NCBI GenBank assembly: GCA_028826165.1
Contig: JAPDFW010000002.1
Location: 1 to 64,000 of the forward strand
Length of the DNA stretch: 64,000 nucleotides
Origin: Anaeramoeba ignava BMAN
Taxonomy: Eukaryota > Protista > Anaeramoebae
Reading direction: 5' to 3'
Part shown: in pieces, positions 42,051 through 54,547 of the stretch
Layout of the letters: each line of letters begins with the position of its first letter
Position numbering within the stretch: the first letter of the stretch is position 1
Translations under genes and position numbers: made by a program
The notes under the pieces: generated by a model
Databases searched by the model: none
The model's input: only the letters and a program-made list of their open reading frames with translations
What the model was told of the DNA's origin: nothing

Positions 42051-45000
42051 TTATTTATCATCAGATGATAAAGAAATAAGAGGTTGTTGACTTATTGTTG
42101 GAACAAGTTGATGAGTATTAGTGTTATTGTTATTATTATTGTTATTATTGTTGTTATTGTTATTATTGTTTTCGTTTGTATTCTGATTATCATCATTGTC
42201 GTCAATAATAGGAGGAGGAAGAACAATTGTTTCGTCAATATCAAAATCTTTTAAATCAGGAGGAGGAATGATATTTTCATCAAGTTCAATTTCATCATTC
42301 AAAGGAGGGATGTTTTTTAGGGTTGAAGGATCAATATCAATATTGTCATTATCTGAGTTATGATTTGAAGAAGTGTAAGAGGAAGTATCTGAAGATTCGT
42401 AATCTGAGTTTTCCTTCTTGTTTTTTCTGAAGATTTGTTTGAGTTTTGATTTGAATTTTTTTTTAGTTGGAGGTTTTCCGTGTTTTTTAGAGTATTTTTC
42501 AAGAGAACGGAAAAGAACAGAAAGGGAACGTTTATCGAGAACGCGTGCGTCTTTGAGCCAGTAAAGAAGAGCATTTGAAGCGAAGGGAAGGATATCGTCC
42601 TGCCAAAGTATTTTACATTTTTGAGGATGAGAAAGGTTTTCTTGTTGTTTATCTTTATCTTTATCTTTTTCTTTTTCTTTTTCATTTTCATTATCATTAT
42701 CTTTTTCATCATCTTTTTCATCATCTTTATCTTTTTCATCTCCTGTTAAAATATCCAGTTCAATTTCATCATTTTTATCTTTTTCATCTTTTTTATCATC
42801 TTCATCTTTTTCATCTTTTTCATCTTTTTTATCTTCATCTTTTTTATCTTCATCTTTTTGTTTTCATCTTCATCAAATGTATTGATTTTCCAATTATCCA
42901 TATTTTCATCATTCAATTGATTCTGAGCAAAAGTAGAAATTGAATGAGAAATATTTGCGAATTTTTCACGATCTTCTTTTTCAGCATTAAGAAGCCAAGG
43001 AAAAATAGATTTAGGGACAGAATCATCTCTGAGGAAATGAAGAACCTCAGCAGTATTCCAAACACGTTTACCAGCAACAGGAACAGAATTTGGGGAAACA
43101 AGACCCTGAGATTGGAGATGGTTCTGGAGCTCAGCAAGCTCTAAAGCGCGGTCTTTTGCAAGAGCACGCATGCGTTTGCGATCATAAAAAATAGCGAAAA
43201 TGATAAGAATAACTGCGGAAAGAACAGCAAGAATCACAAATGAGGAAAGTAAACGTTCAGTGGGCTTGTTTGGAAACTCGCGGCCGTAGAATAAGGTGCC
43301 GCCAAGAAGAACAAGAACTCGGATAATCAGGATTACAAACTCAAGACGGTTGTGTCGGGCAATTTTGTAGGGTCGAGTGTAGAGTTGAAGAAGAAGAACT
43401 ACAAAAAGTGCCATCTCAACAAATGCTGCTTGCATCATTGGATAGCGAGACATGAAGAGCGCAAAGATGATGAACAGAAATCGGCGCAGAAAGATCCAGG
43501 ATTCCCAGAGATATACCTCATCGGCAAAACGACCTGCGATGAGACCGAATTCTTCGCGGAAGGAAATTCGTGATTTGAATCTTCGCATGATGTAGATTAA
43601 TCCGAATGGGATTCCGAAAACATAGATCAGGAAGAAAATAACCCCAAAAGCTAAAACAGCGCGATATTGCGAGCCGCTGCATGCGCGGAAGGGTTCTGGA
43701 TCGAATACGGAGAAATCTCCCTCGTATCGTGTGCAATCCATGGAGCGCATGATCCACAGGGAAAGTGGGATGTATAGAAATGTTAGTGAAAATGTGAATG
43801 CGTTCACGCTGTTTTTGGCGAGAATGTAGAGCTCTTCCATTCGTCGGAAGTGGAATAATTTGCGCATTAATTTTAGCCATGCTCGACGAATTTTGCCGAA
43901 TGTAGAAAATGTGGATGTGAGATCGAATACGTTGGGCCATTTGCGACGGAGTTTTTCGGCGCGTGGTTCGATGAAATATGCCCAAAGAGAAGCAAAGAAG
44001 TAGTATAAATAATAAGCAGCAGCGACAAAAAGAGGGAGGAAAAGAGCGACAACGAATTTCTCAGTGAATCCCATGTGGTGGTTGTAGCATTCTGAGGCTA
44101 GGAGATCGATATTGAGACTGGAGATTGAGAGGAACTCGAAAAATCGCACGACAGAATCAGACCAATTGAGCTCGAAGAAGCTAAGAAGGGCGGTTTCCTG
44201 AAGGAATCCGAAGAGGATTGTTAGCGGAGCGAGATAGAGCGGCGGAGGCGAGCCAAGAGAGGCCAGTTGATAGAACACCCAGCAAATAAAAACGAAGAAA
44301 AGAACAAATATCGCGATCCGCCATTTCGCGTTGGGTTCACATCCGTAACAAAAACTACCAAGTCGATACGCATCATCGGAACACTCGCCGCACATTCTAC
44401 CCTCGTAGTTGTCTGCGCAGTTACCGCCGCCTGTGCAAGCCTGACGGGGAACGCACGGGAAAAAAAGAACCTCGTCTGCTGATCGGTTCCAATATCCGGC
44501 AGCGGAAAGGGGGATAATCATTCCGAGTTGAGAACAATCCCCCCCAATTGGACATTCTTTGCAATCACCCACAACCCCATAATATCCGGGCTTGCATAAA
44601 CACTGCGTAAGATTGACTGCGCCCTTGTCCGCTGTCCGTGTGGGGTCGGGACAGTCGATGCATGATGATTGGTTGCTGATCGGGTTGTATTGGGTCACTG
44701 GACACAGAGAACACTCGCTTGCCGCAAGTCCCGAATAGCTTCCTGGATCGCAGATAAAACATGCGCGAGAGGCCACGGCTGAGGAATACGATCCTGGCTG
44801 GCAATCTGTGCAGACTTCCGCTGCAAATGTATCCGAAAATGTCCCTCTTCCGCAATCCGTGCAGAATCTGCTTTGGTTGTTCTGGATCTTTCCTGGCGCA
44901 CAACCCAATGCAGATATGAAGATCTGCGAGTCGTTGACTGTCACCTCAAACTCCTTGAAATAATCCTGATACGGCGTGTCTGTTGAATCGAGCTCCTTTT

Positions 45001-48000
45001 CATAATAATACGGATACGTGCTGTTTGCGCTTGTGTTCTGTCGCGGATTAGAGTACGGATTATAATCCGCGCTTGTGGGTCCTTCATCAACAACAGTGCG
45101 CCAAAAACGTTCGCTGTAATCAAGATAGTTTGAGTTGTTGCTGTCTTGACTTGGCACGTTGGAAACATTGGCAGTTATTGTGACCGAATCGGATCCGTTT
45201 TGGATTATCGAGAAATTCTGTCCAACTTCAGGAACAAAGGGATAAAGAATAACAAAATCAAGGAGACCATCTATTGCAACGGAACTGCCAGGTTTTGTGA
45301 AGTTGATTTTCTCAAAATGTGTTGAATCATAAACGCGCGAGCGCAACATTCCTTCAACGGTTTGCGAATAATTTCCCTGAACAGTCAGCGTTCCGAAATC
45401 CAAATATAACGGTGATGTCCAATCAACGCCTCCCCAGAGACACCCTCCATCGTTAACAATATCTGCCTCAAGCACGCCAACACCTCGTACTGTTCCTTGA
45501 TCCATCAGCATCCCTGTCAAAACCCTTAATATACCCCCATTTTCAATGAAAATATACGGGCTCCGATCGTAGTCGTGACTGCTTAAAATCGTGTCCGAGT
45601 GATCGTAGATGTACTTTGTCTCCAGCGAAAACACCTCAAGCTCTTGATCCTCCCCTATAATTATTTCCGCGCGTTTATCCGCATTGACCATGCTCGAATT
45701 AATTTGCAATTTATTCACCCGGTCAACAACCTCAATTGTCCCGAAATTAAAAAATGCCACTTCGTCGTTTTGTTCTGTTGTATTTTCGAAACCGATGCCA
45801 GTTGATTCATCGCCGAATTCGAAGATTCCGTGGTTCAAAATGCTTCCTGAAAAGTTCCAAGAAATTCCCGAAATTGCGAATTCGCCGTGGATTGTGAGGA
45901 AACCCTTGTCGACAACCACAGCACCTTCTGGCTCTACATAAAGCGCACCTGAGACGACGAATCCTTTGGCATTAGGATCCACTGAGATGTTTGGGAGCTG
46001 AGAAAAGAAGACAAGATGGGATCCGTTACCAACCGTAAAATTTCCTGTGTTTCCGCTGCAAATGTTCCCGCAAGGATGAGGTGTGGTTCCCTCGTTTTCT
46101 TCTGTTGTGTCAATTGTGAACATTGTTCCTGATGAGAGATACACTGTTGATTCCCATCCCATTGTCAATCCGTTGGTGCCTGTCCAACTTCCTCTTCCAT
46201 TCGGCTCGAGAAAAACCTTCATTGAATCAAGCCATCTTGCGTTTTGTGTGTAATTGAACGTGTCCGTTCCGTCTGTTAGTTCGATCAACTGTTTCACTCG
46301 TATTTCTGTGTATTCAAATTGCTTTCCGCTTATTTTCCCCTGTTTCCAGCTGAAAGTTTTGGCTATTTCCATTGTTCCGGGCATGATGTAGATGTTTCCT
46401 TTCTCAATTTCAAGTGATGTTATGTTCGTGTTGTTAAATGTTGGTTGCGCGTTTGCGTTTGTATTGTTTATGTTCACTTGTATTCCGTATGCTGCTTGGG
46501 ATGTGAATGAATTGTTTTGGAAAAGAACATCTGTCATGTTGAAGTTGTTTGATTTCACGACAATAAGGCTTGGTGTTATTGGTCCTGTGTAGATGTTTTG
46601 GAATGTGCAATTCTCGAATACGATTGACTATTTTTGATTTTATAAATTTATATATAAATTTATATTTAGATTTATATTTAGATTTATATTTAGATTTATA
46701 TTTATATTTAGATTTAAATTTATATTTATATTTATATTTATATTTATATTTATATTTATATTTATATTTATATTTATATTTATATTTATATTTATATTTA
46801 TATTATATTTCATATTTTATATTATTTATATATTTATATTTATATATTTATATTTATATTTATATTTATATTTATATTTATATTTATATTTATATTTATA
46901 TTTATATTTATATTTATATTTATATTTATATTTATATTTATATTTATATTTATATTTATATTTATATTTATATTTATATTTATATTTATATTTATATTTA
47001 TATTTATATTTATATTTATATTTATATTTATATTTTATATTTTATATTTTATATTTATATTTATATTTATATTTATATTTATATTTATATTTATATTTAT
47101 ATTTATATTTATATTTATATTTATATTTATATTTTATTTATATTTATATTTATTTTTATTTATATTTATATTTATATTTATATTTATATTTATATTTATA
47201 TTTATATTTATATTTATATTTATATTTTATATTTATATTTATATTTATATTAATATTTATATTTTATATTTATATTTTTATATTTAATTTATATTTATAT
47301 TTATATTTATATTTATATTTATATTTATATTTATATTTATATTTATATTTATATTTATATTTATATTTATATTTATATTTATATTTATATTTATATTTAT
47401 ATTTATATTTATATTTATATTTATATTTATATTTATATTTATATTTATATTTATTTTATATTTATATTTATATTTATATTTATATTTATATTTATATTTA
47501 TATTTTTTATTTATTTATATTTTATGTTTATATTTTATATTTATATTTTTTATTTTTATTTATTTTATATTTTTATATTTATTTTTATATTTATATTTAT
47601 ATTTATATTTATATTTTATATTTATATTTATATTTATATTTATATTTATATTTATATTTATATTTATATTTATATTTATATTTATATTTATATTTATATT
47701 TATATTTATATTTATATTTATATTTATATTTTATTTATATTTATATTTATATTTATATTTATATTTATATTTATATTTATATTTATATTTATATTTATAT
47801 TTATATTTATATTTATATTTAATTGTATTTATATTTCTATTTATATTTATATTTATATTTATATTTATATTTATATTTATATTTATATTTATATTTATAT
47901 TTAGATTTTGATCTTGATCAAAAAATATTAATAAAAACATACATGAGTATCAAAATCGGAAAGTTCAAGAAAAGAAACATTAGCAGTAGAATAAATCTGT

Positions 48001-48419
48001 TGAAAAAAAACATTCACGAAAGAGATCTGAATAGAGACATTAGCTTGTTCGAAATTAGCCAAACGATTAACATTAACAATTTTCAAATTCTTAACAACAA
48101 AATTAATTTGAACCAAATCAAAAAGTTGATTTGTTGAATCACTTGGACATAAAGAAGCACCACAATCAAGAGTTAAAGTTGGTAAATCAACTGACTCTCT
48201 CCCTTTTAAAGTTAACTGAGTTGCATTTGTTGAGCCAAAATCTAAAGTTGTTGTCAAATGAAATCCAGGATATAGAACTATTGAATCCCCAGTAAATGCA
48301 CTATCTATTGCTGCTTGTATTGATTGTCCTGGCATTATGTTGATTTCATTGCTAAATACTTGACTGATAATTGTTAAAAAAATTAAAAATATTATCTTCT
48401 TGTAATAAAATTTGATCAT
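42051..48419 (-). CDS. Large surface/receptor-like membrane protein: signal peptide, beta-helix/passenger-like ectodomain, GCC2/GCC3-type Cys-rich repeats, about 9 TM helices, cytoplasmic tail; exons 48419-47943 and 46627-42051 (1-bp indel near 42856)
   Basis: The hydrophobic N-terminus is followed by [23 protein letters not shown]. The intron 47942-46628 joins in frame to the 1270-aa ORF, which has CxxCxPGSYS repeats and a TM block with YLWE..FLRR and RPY..HNRLE. Correcting one T-run extends the frame to the stop at 42051. Confidence 0.8.
46628..47942 (-). repeat. Intron filled with (TATATT)n
   Basis: 1315-bp GT..AG intron, nearly pure hexamer repeat. Confidence 0.9.
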
Positions 48420-48811
48420 GAAATTGTAAAAAAAAAATAAATTGAAAATTGTTTTTTTTTTTGTTATTAATTATATTATTGTCAAAAAAAAAATTATGAG
48501 AAAAAAAAATGAAATGTTTTTTTTGTTTATTTAAAAAAAGATTGTTTGTTTTTTTTGTTTTGTTTGTTTGTTTTAAAAAAATTTTTTTTTAATTTTTTTT
48601 TTTTTTTTTGATTTTAAATAAAAAAAATAAGAAAGATGGTTATTTAGAAGATTTAATTTTTGTTCTTTTTTTCTTCTTTGTTTTTTTTTTTTCTTCTTTT
48701 TTTTTAAATTGAAAAAGCAAAAAAATTTTTTTAATATTTTTTTTTTCATTTTTTTTTTTTTTTTTTTTTTTTTAAGAATAAAAATTATAAATCTAAAAAT
48801 AAAAAATTTAA

Positions 48812-51800
48812 ATGAATCCAAAAAAACCAAGACCTTTACCAAAACTTCCCCCTTTATCAAGCAATGAAAATCAAAATCAAAATCAAAATTTAAATCAAAT
48901 TGAAAATCAAAATGAAAATCAAAATTTAAATCAAAATCAAAATCAAATTCAAAATGAAAATCAAAATCAAATTGAAAATCAAAATGAAAATCAAAATGAA
49001 AATCAAAATGAAAATCAAAATCAAAATCAAAATCAAAATCAAAATCAAAATGAAAATCAAAATCAAAATCAAAATCAAAATCAAAATCAAAATTTAAATC
49101 AAAATCAAAATCAAAATCAAAATCAAAATCAAAATCAAAATTGAAAATCAAAATCAAAATCAAAATCAAAATCAAAATGAAAATCAAAATCAAAATCAAA
49201 ATCAAAATCAAAATCAAAATCAAAATCAAAATCAAAATCAAAATCAAAATCAAAATCAAAATCAAAATCAAAATCAAAATCAAAATATAAATCAAAATAT
49301 AAATCAAATTGAAAATATATCACCAAGAAGAAAAAGAAGAAATAAACCTAACCATACCTCAAGTATTTCATACAGATCCACTATACACCTTGGATCTTTC
49401 AAAATAAATCCAAACAATGCAGAAATAATAGAAAATCTAAATGAAATATCACCTTCTCATCAAAGAAAACAATTTTCTACAACTCAAGAAATTCTTAAAT
49501 TAACAAAAGAAAAAAATAAAAAATTACCACCTAATCCAAAAAAAGGAAATAATCAACCTTTTAACACTAATATTGAAATAAATCAACTTAATCATACAAA
49601 AATAAATAAATCAAAATCACAAACTGAAAAATTACTTAAAAGCAATTCGTTAGAATTTCAGCAACCTAAATCAAATCTTGAAATTAGAAAAAATACATCA
49701 ACAAGCATTAATTCAGTAGAAAATCATAAAATTAATTCTGATCTTCATCCTATTCATTTTAAAGGAAAAATTTCACGTTCAATTCAAGAAGAACTTTTAA
49801 TGGAAATGAAATCTTTAAGACAAAGTCAAAACGAAAATTTAAATGAAAATTTAAATGAAATTGAAAAACAAATTGAAAAACAAATTAAAAATCAAATTAA
49901 AAGTAAAATTGAAAAACAAATTCAAAATTTAAATGTGAATCAAATTGAAAATGAAAATGAAAATCAAAATCAAATTGAAAATGAAAATCAAAATGAAAAT
50001 GAAAATCAAATTGAAAATGAAAATGAAAATCAAAATCAAAATCAAAATCAAAATCAAATTGAAAATCAAAATCAAAATATAAATGAAAATGAAAATCAAA
50101 ATCAAAATCAAAATCAAAATCAAATTTCAAAAATTCCAATTAAATTCCCTTCAAAAGTTCCAATTAAATTCCCTTCAAAAATTCCAATTAAATTCCCTTC
50201 AAAAATTCAATCTACTTCTTCTAATATTCCTAAATCTCGACCACCAAGACCAAAAGCACCACCACCAAAAATAATTAGAAAAGCACCAGTTCATAAAACT
50301 ACAAATATCGCAAAACCAAAATTTCCAGCACCAAAAATAATAAATTCACCAAAAAATTCAAATTCAATAAATACATTTCCAAAAAATCCATCCCCAAAAA
50401 ATATAAATACAATAAATACAAATCCAATAAATATAAATCCAAAAAATACAAATCCAATAAATACAAATCCAAAAAATATAAATCCAAAAAATACAAATCC
50501 AATAAATATAAATCCAAAAAATACAAATCCAAAAAATAAAAATCCAAAAAATATAAATCCAATAAATCCAAATCCAATAAATATAAATCCAAAAAATACA
50601 TCTCCAAGAAATCCAAATCCAAAAAATATAAATCCAAAAAACCCATATGTAAATGAACAATCAAAAATCGAACCCAAAAATCTTCAAACAAAATATCAAA
50701 GAAATAGAGCAATATCATTTACAGAAAGAATGAGAAAATTTCAAAACACTTCTCCAGAAATAAATAAACAATCAAGTGAAAATAGATTTCGCAGAAAAAA
50801 TGAATTTGAACCACAAGGAAATGTGAGAAAATTAAAACAAGAACTACAATCAAAACTCTTTGTATTTCCAACACAACCACAAAAAGAACAAATTCCAAAA
50901 GAAATTCCAAAAAAAATTCCAAAAGAAATTCCAAAAGAAAAAAAAGAAGAAAAAATTCTTCGTTTTCAATCAAATCCTCAATATATTGATTCTTCATCAA
51001 CTGAAATTGACCAAGAAAAACTTAAACCAAGTAAATCTCTTGAACATATTCAAACAGAAAAAAATGAACCTTCTGTTGATGATCATAAAAAAACAGAGAA
51101 AAAAAGCAAAAATATTTTCTCAAAACTTAAATCTTCAAAAAATAAAGAAAACGAAAAGGAAAACGAAAAAAAACAAAAGCAAAAGCAAGAAAAGCAAAAG
51201 CAAAAGCAACAAAAACAAAAGGAAAAACAACAAAAACAACAAAAACAAAAACAAACAAAGCAATCAAAACAACAGAAAAAGAAACAAGAAAAAGAAGAAA
51301 AGCAAAAACAAATCGAAAGACAAAAACAAGAAGAGCAACAGAAACAACAAGAAAAACAAAGACAAGAAGAAGAAAGAGAAAAAATAGCAATGATGCTTAG
51401 AGAAAAATACGCTGAAATTCTTGCCCAAATTCGCGAAAGAACAAAAATTACAAACCAACTCATTGAAAACGAAAAACTATTTTATAATCAACTCACAATT
51501 TTCCAACAAAAATTTATGAAACCCATTGAAAATTCAAATTCTCTTCAACCTTTTCAATTCGAAACATTATTCGGTAAAACAAACGAACTCATTGAACATT
51601 CCAATAAAATTTATCAAAAATTAATGCGAGCATTTAAACAAAGTTCAGATGTTGGTGATTGCTTCTTCGAATTTGACTACTATCTTTTTAGAGATGTTTC
51701 AGAAGCTTATGATGATTCTCTTTACACAATGCTTTTGGCAAAAAGTAACAATGATAGCTTCAGAGAAATAATTGAAAAATGTGAAAAAGAAGCAGAAGGA

Positions 51801-54325
51801 AAGCAATTTACTGATTTTGTTATTCTTCCTTTGAAACACGTGAAAAATTATCATGATTTAATTGAATCACTTTTATTTAACACTGATTTCGAAAGTGAAG
51901 ATTATGCAAAATTATATCCCTTTTACGAAGGTCTTGAAATTATTATGGATAGCAATCTTATAGCAAGAGTTTACAGATATGACAACCAGCACCAACTCAT
52001 CCAGATTGAATCAAATATCGAAAATCTTGGTGATATTGAAATTGTTAATCCTTTCCGTTCATTATATAGTCAAGGCAATGCTAAGAAATATGTTTATCCT
52101 CATGCATCACTTTTTCTTCAGCAATATTATATGTTTAATGATATGATTGTACTTGCAAATTTGACAAAAAAAGTACAACTTAAATTTGATCAAAAAATTG
52201 AATATTCATCTGCAATTATTCGTGATATCTCTTTTAATGAAAAAAATACAACCACAACCATAAAGAAAAATTTAAATGAAAATCAAAATTTAAATAAAAA
52301 TCAAAATGAAAATCAAAATGAAAATCAAAACGAAATGAAAAATCAAAATGAAAATCAAAATCAAAATGAAAATAAAAATCAAGACGAAATGGAAAATCAA
52401 AATGAAAATCAAAATGAAAATGAAAATCAAAATCAAAATGAAATTAAAAATGAAAATGAAAATCAAAATGAAAATCAAAATGAAAATCAAAATGAAAATG
52501 AAAATGAAAATGAAAATGAAAACAAAATTGAAAACGAAAATCAAAATCAAATTGAAAAAGAAAATCAAATTGAAAAAGAAAATCAAATTGAAAAAGAAAA
52601 TCAAATTGAAAATGAAAAAGAAAATCAAATTGAAAATAAAAATGAAAATAAAATTGAAAAAGAAAATCAAATTGAAAAAGAAAATCAAATTGAAAATGAA
52701 AAAGAAAATCAAATTGAAAAAGAAAATAAAAATGAAAAAGAAAATCAAATTGAAAATGAAAAAGAAAATCAAATTGAAAATGAAAATAAAATTGAAAAAG
52801 AAAATAAAATTGAAAACGAAAATCAAATTGAAAATGAAAATAAAATTGAAAATCAAAATCAAAATCAAGATGAAATTGAAAATGAAGTTGAAAATGAAAT
52901 TGACCAAGAATTAACAACAAAAATTGAGGAAATTAATAAATCAGATATTCAAACATCAAAAATTGAAGATGGAATCATTCGTACAAATCAACCACAATTA
53001 GCAAATGCAATTGAAATATTTTCAGAAGATACAGAATCACGAGTTGTTTTATTATTTCAAGATATTACAGAAAAAGAAATTTTCTTTTCTAATTTAACAG
53101 AAGTATTTTACGTAAGAGTTGAAAAAGGAATTGAACCACAATTTAACGAAGAAGAAATTGAAAAAGAAATCAACAAATCATCATCTATTGACATCCCAAA
53201 AGGAGAAATAACCAAAATTGAAAAAAGAGGACATATAATTACAGAATTATTTCACACAGAAGAAGAATATGTTCAAGATCTAATCACTATCCAAAAAATT
53301 TATATGAATGAAATGATCAAAAAGCAACTCATAACTCAACAAGAAGCTTCTCAAATTTTTGGAAATATTGCAAATATTCAAAAAGTTAACTCAGATTTGG
53401 CTGAAATGCTAAAAAAGAATTTGGAAGCAATCGAAAATAAATATGAAAATCTTAATGTAGGTTTAATTTTCTTTTCAATTGCAGAAAGACTCAAAGTTTA
53501 TGGGAATTATGCATTGAATCAAAACTTATCGAATGAAACAATTTCCAAATGCTCAAAAAAAATTGAGTTTTTACAATATATTACTGATTGCCAAGAAAAA
53601 CTTACAGAATGCAAGGGATTAGATTTACTCGATTTCTTGATAAAACCAATTCAAAGAATTTGCAAATATCCTTTGCTTTTTCGTGAAATATTGAGAAGTA
53701 CAAGTCCAGATTATACTGATTATCAAGATCTTGCAAAAGCTTATGTTAAACTTGAAGAAGCTGCAGCTTATGTTAATACTATTAAAAAGCAAAGTGACAC
53801 AAAAAAATTTCTAGAGGAAATTGCAAATAAAATTTTTGGAATTGAAAAACATTTAATTCTTGCTTATCCAAACAGAAAAGTTATTCTTGAAGAAATTCCT
53901 ATTAAAATTTTCCCTAAATCAAAAGGAATTAATGCATTTTTATGGATTTTCAATGATATAATTGTTATTTCTAAGCTTCAAAAGAAAGATAAATATAAAT
54001 TTATTGATTTTATTGAAATTGATCGAGCTTTGATAAAAGAACTTTTATCTTTAGGTATTTCATTTGAATAATTAATTTTAAATAATTAATATTTAATAAT
54101 TAATTTTAATATTTTAATTTTAAATATTTGATTTAAATATTTGGATTTTAATATTTGATTTTGGATTTAGATTTCTCTTTCAAAATAATCGAATTTTCAG
54201 GTATTAAAGATATTACAATTCAATGCCGTGATAAAGAACAATATGAACAAATTATAAATTCAATTAAATCTCAAATTATTCAACTTGCAAAAGAAAGATT
54301 TATTCAACAAAAAATAAAAAAATAA
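48812..54325 (+). CDS. RhoGEF with two DH-PH modules and a long Pro/Asn/Gln-rich N-terminus; intron 54055-54170; apparent +1 indel near 49140
   Basis: DH2 reads RGHIITELFHTEEEYVQDL..IFGNI..LLDFLIKPIQRICKYPLLFREIL. The degenerate DH1 reads RTKITNQLIENEKLFYNQL..FVILPLKHVKNYHDLIESLL. PH motifs MFNDMIVLA and IFNDIIVIS follow each. Confidence 0.85.
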
Positions 54326-54547
54326 ATTTAATATTTTTTTCTTCTTATTTTTATAATTTTTGAATTTAAGTGTGATCAATTTTTTCTTTAAAAGAAGAAA
54401 AGAAAGAATAAAAACAAATGAAAAACATTAAAAACTGACTAATTATTTTTTAAAGAAAAAAATTTTTTTTGTTCCATTATTTTTTAAATTCCATTTTTAT
54501 TTTTTTTATTTTTTTTAATTTTTTTTAATTTTTTAAAAAAAAAAATA

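Noticed and set aside
42960-46560. Bacterial contaminant or mobile element as the source of the GC-rich segment
   Set aside because: It is in frame with an AT-rich spliced exon 1 and an AT-rich tail, encodes eukaryote-type Cys-rich and TM domains, and shows no transposase, integrase or terminal repeats.
42913-46592. Short overlapping ORFs within the receptor gene
   Set aside because: Expected by-products of higher GC content; no recognisable motifs.
46628-47942. Telomeric repeat interpretation of the hexamer arrays
   Set aside because: The units lack G-runs, differ between loci and sit within GT..AG introns.
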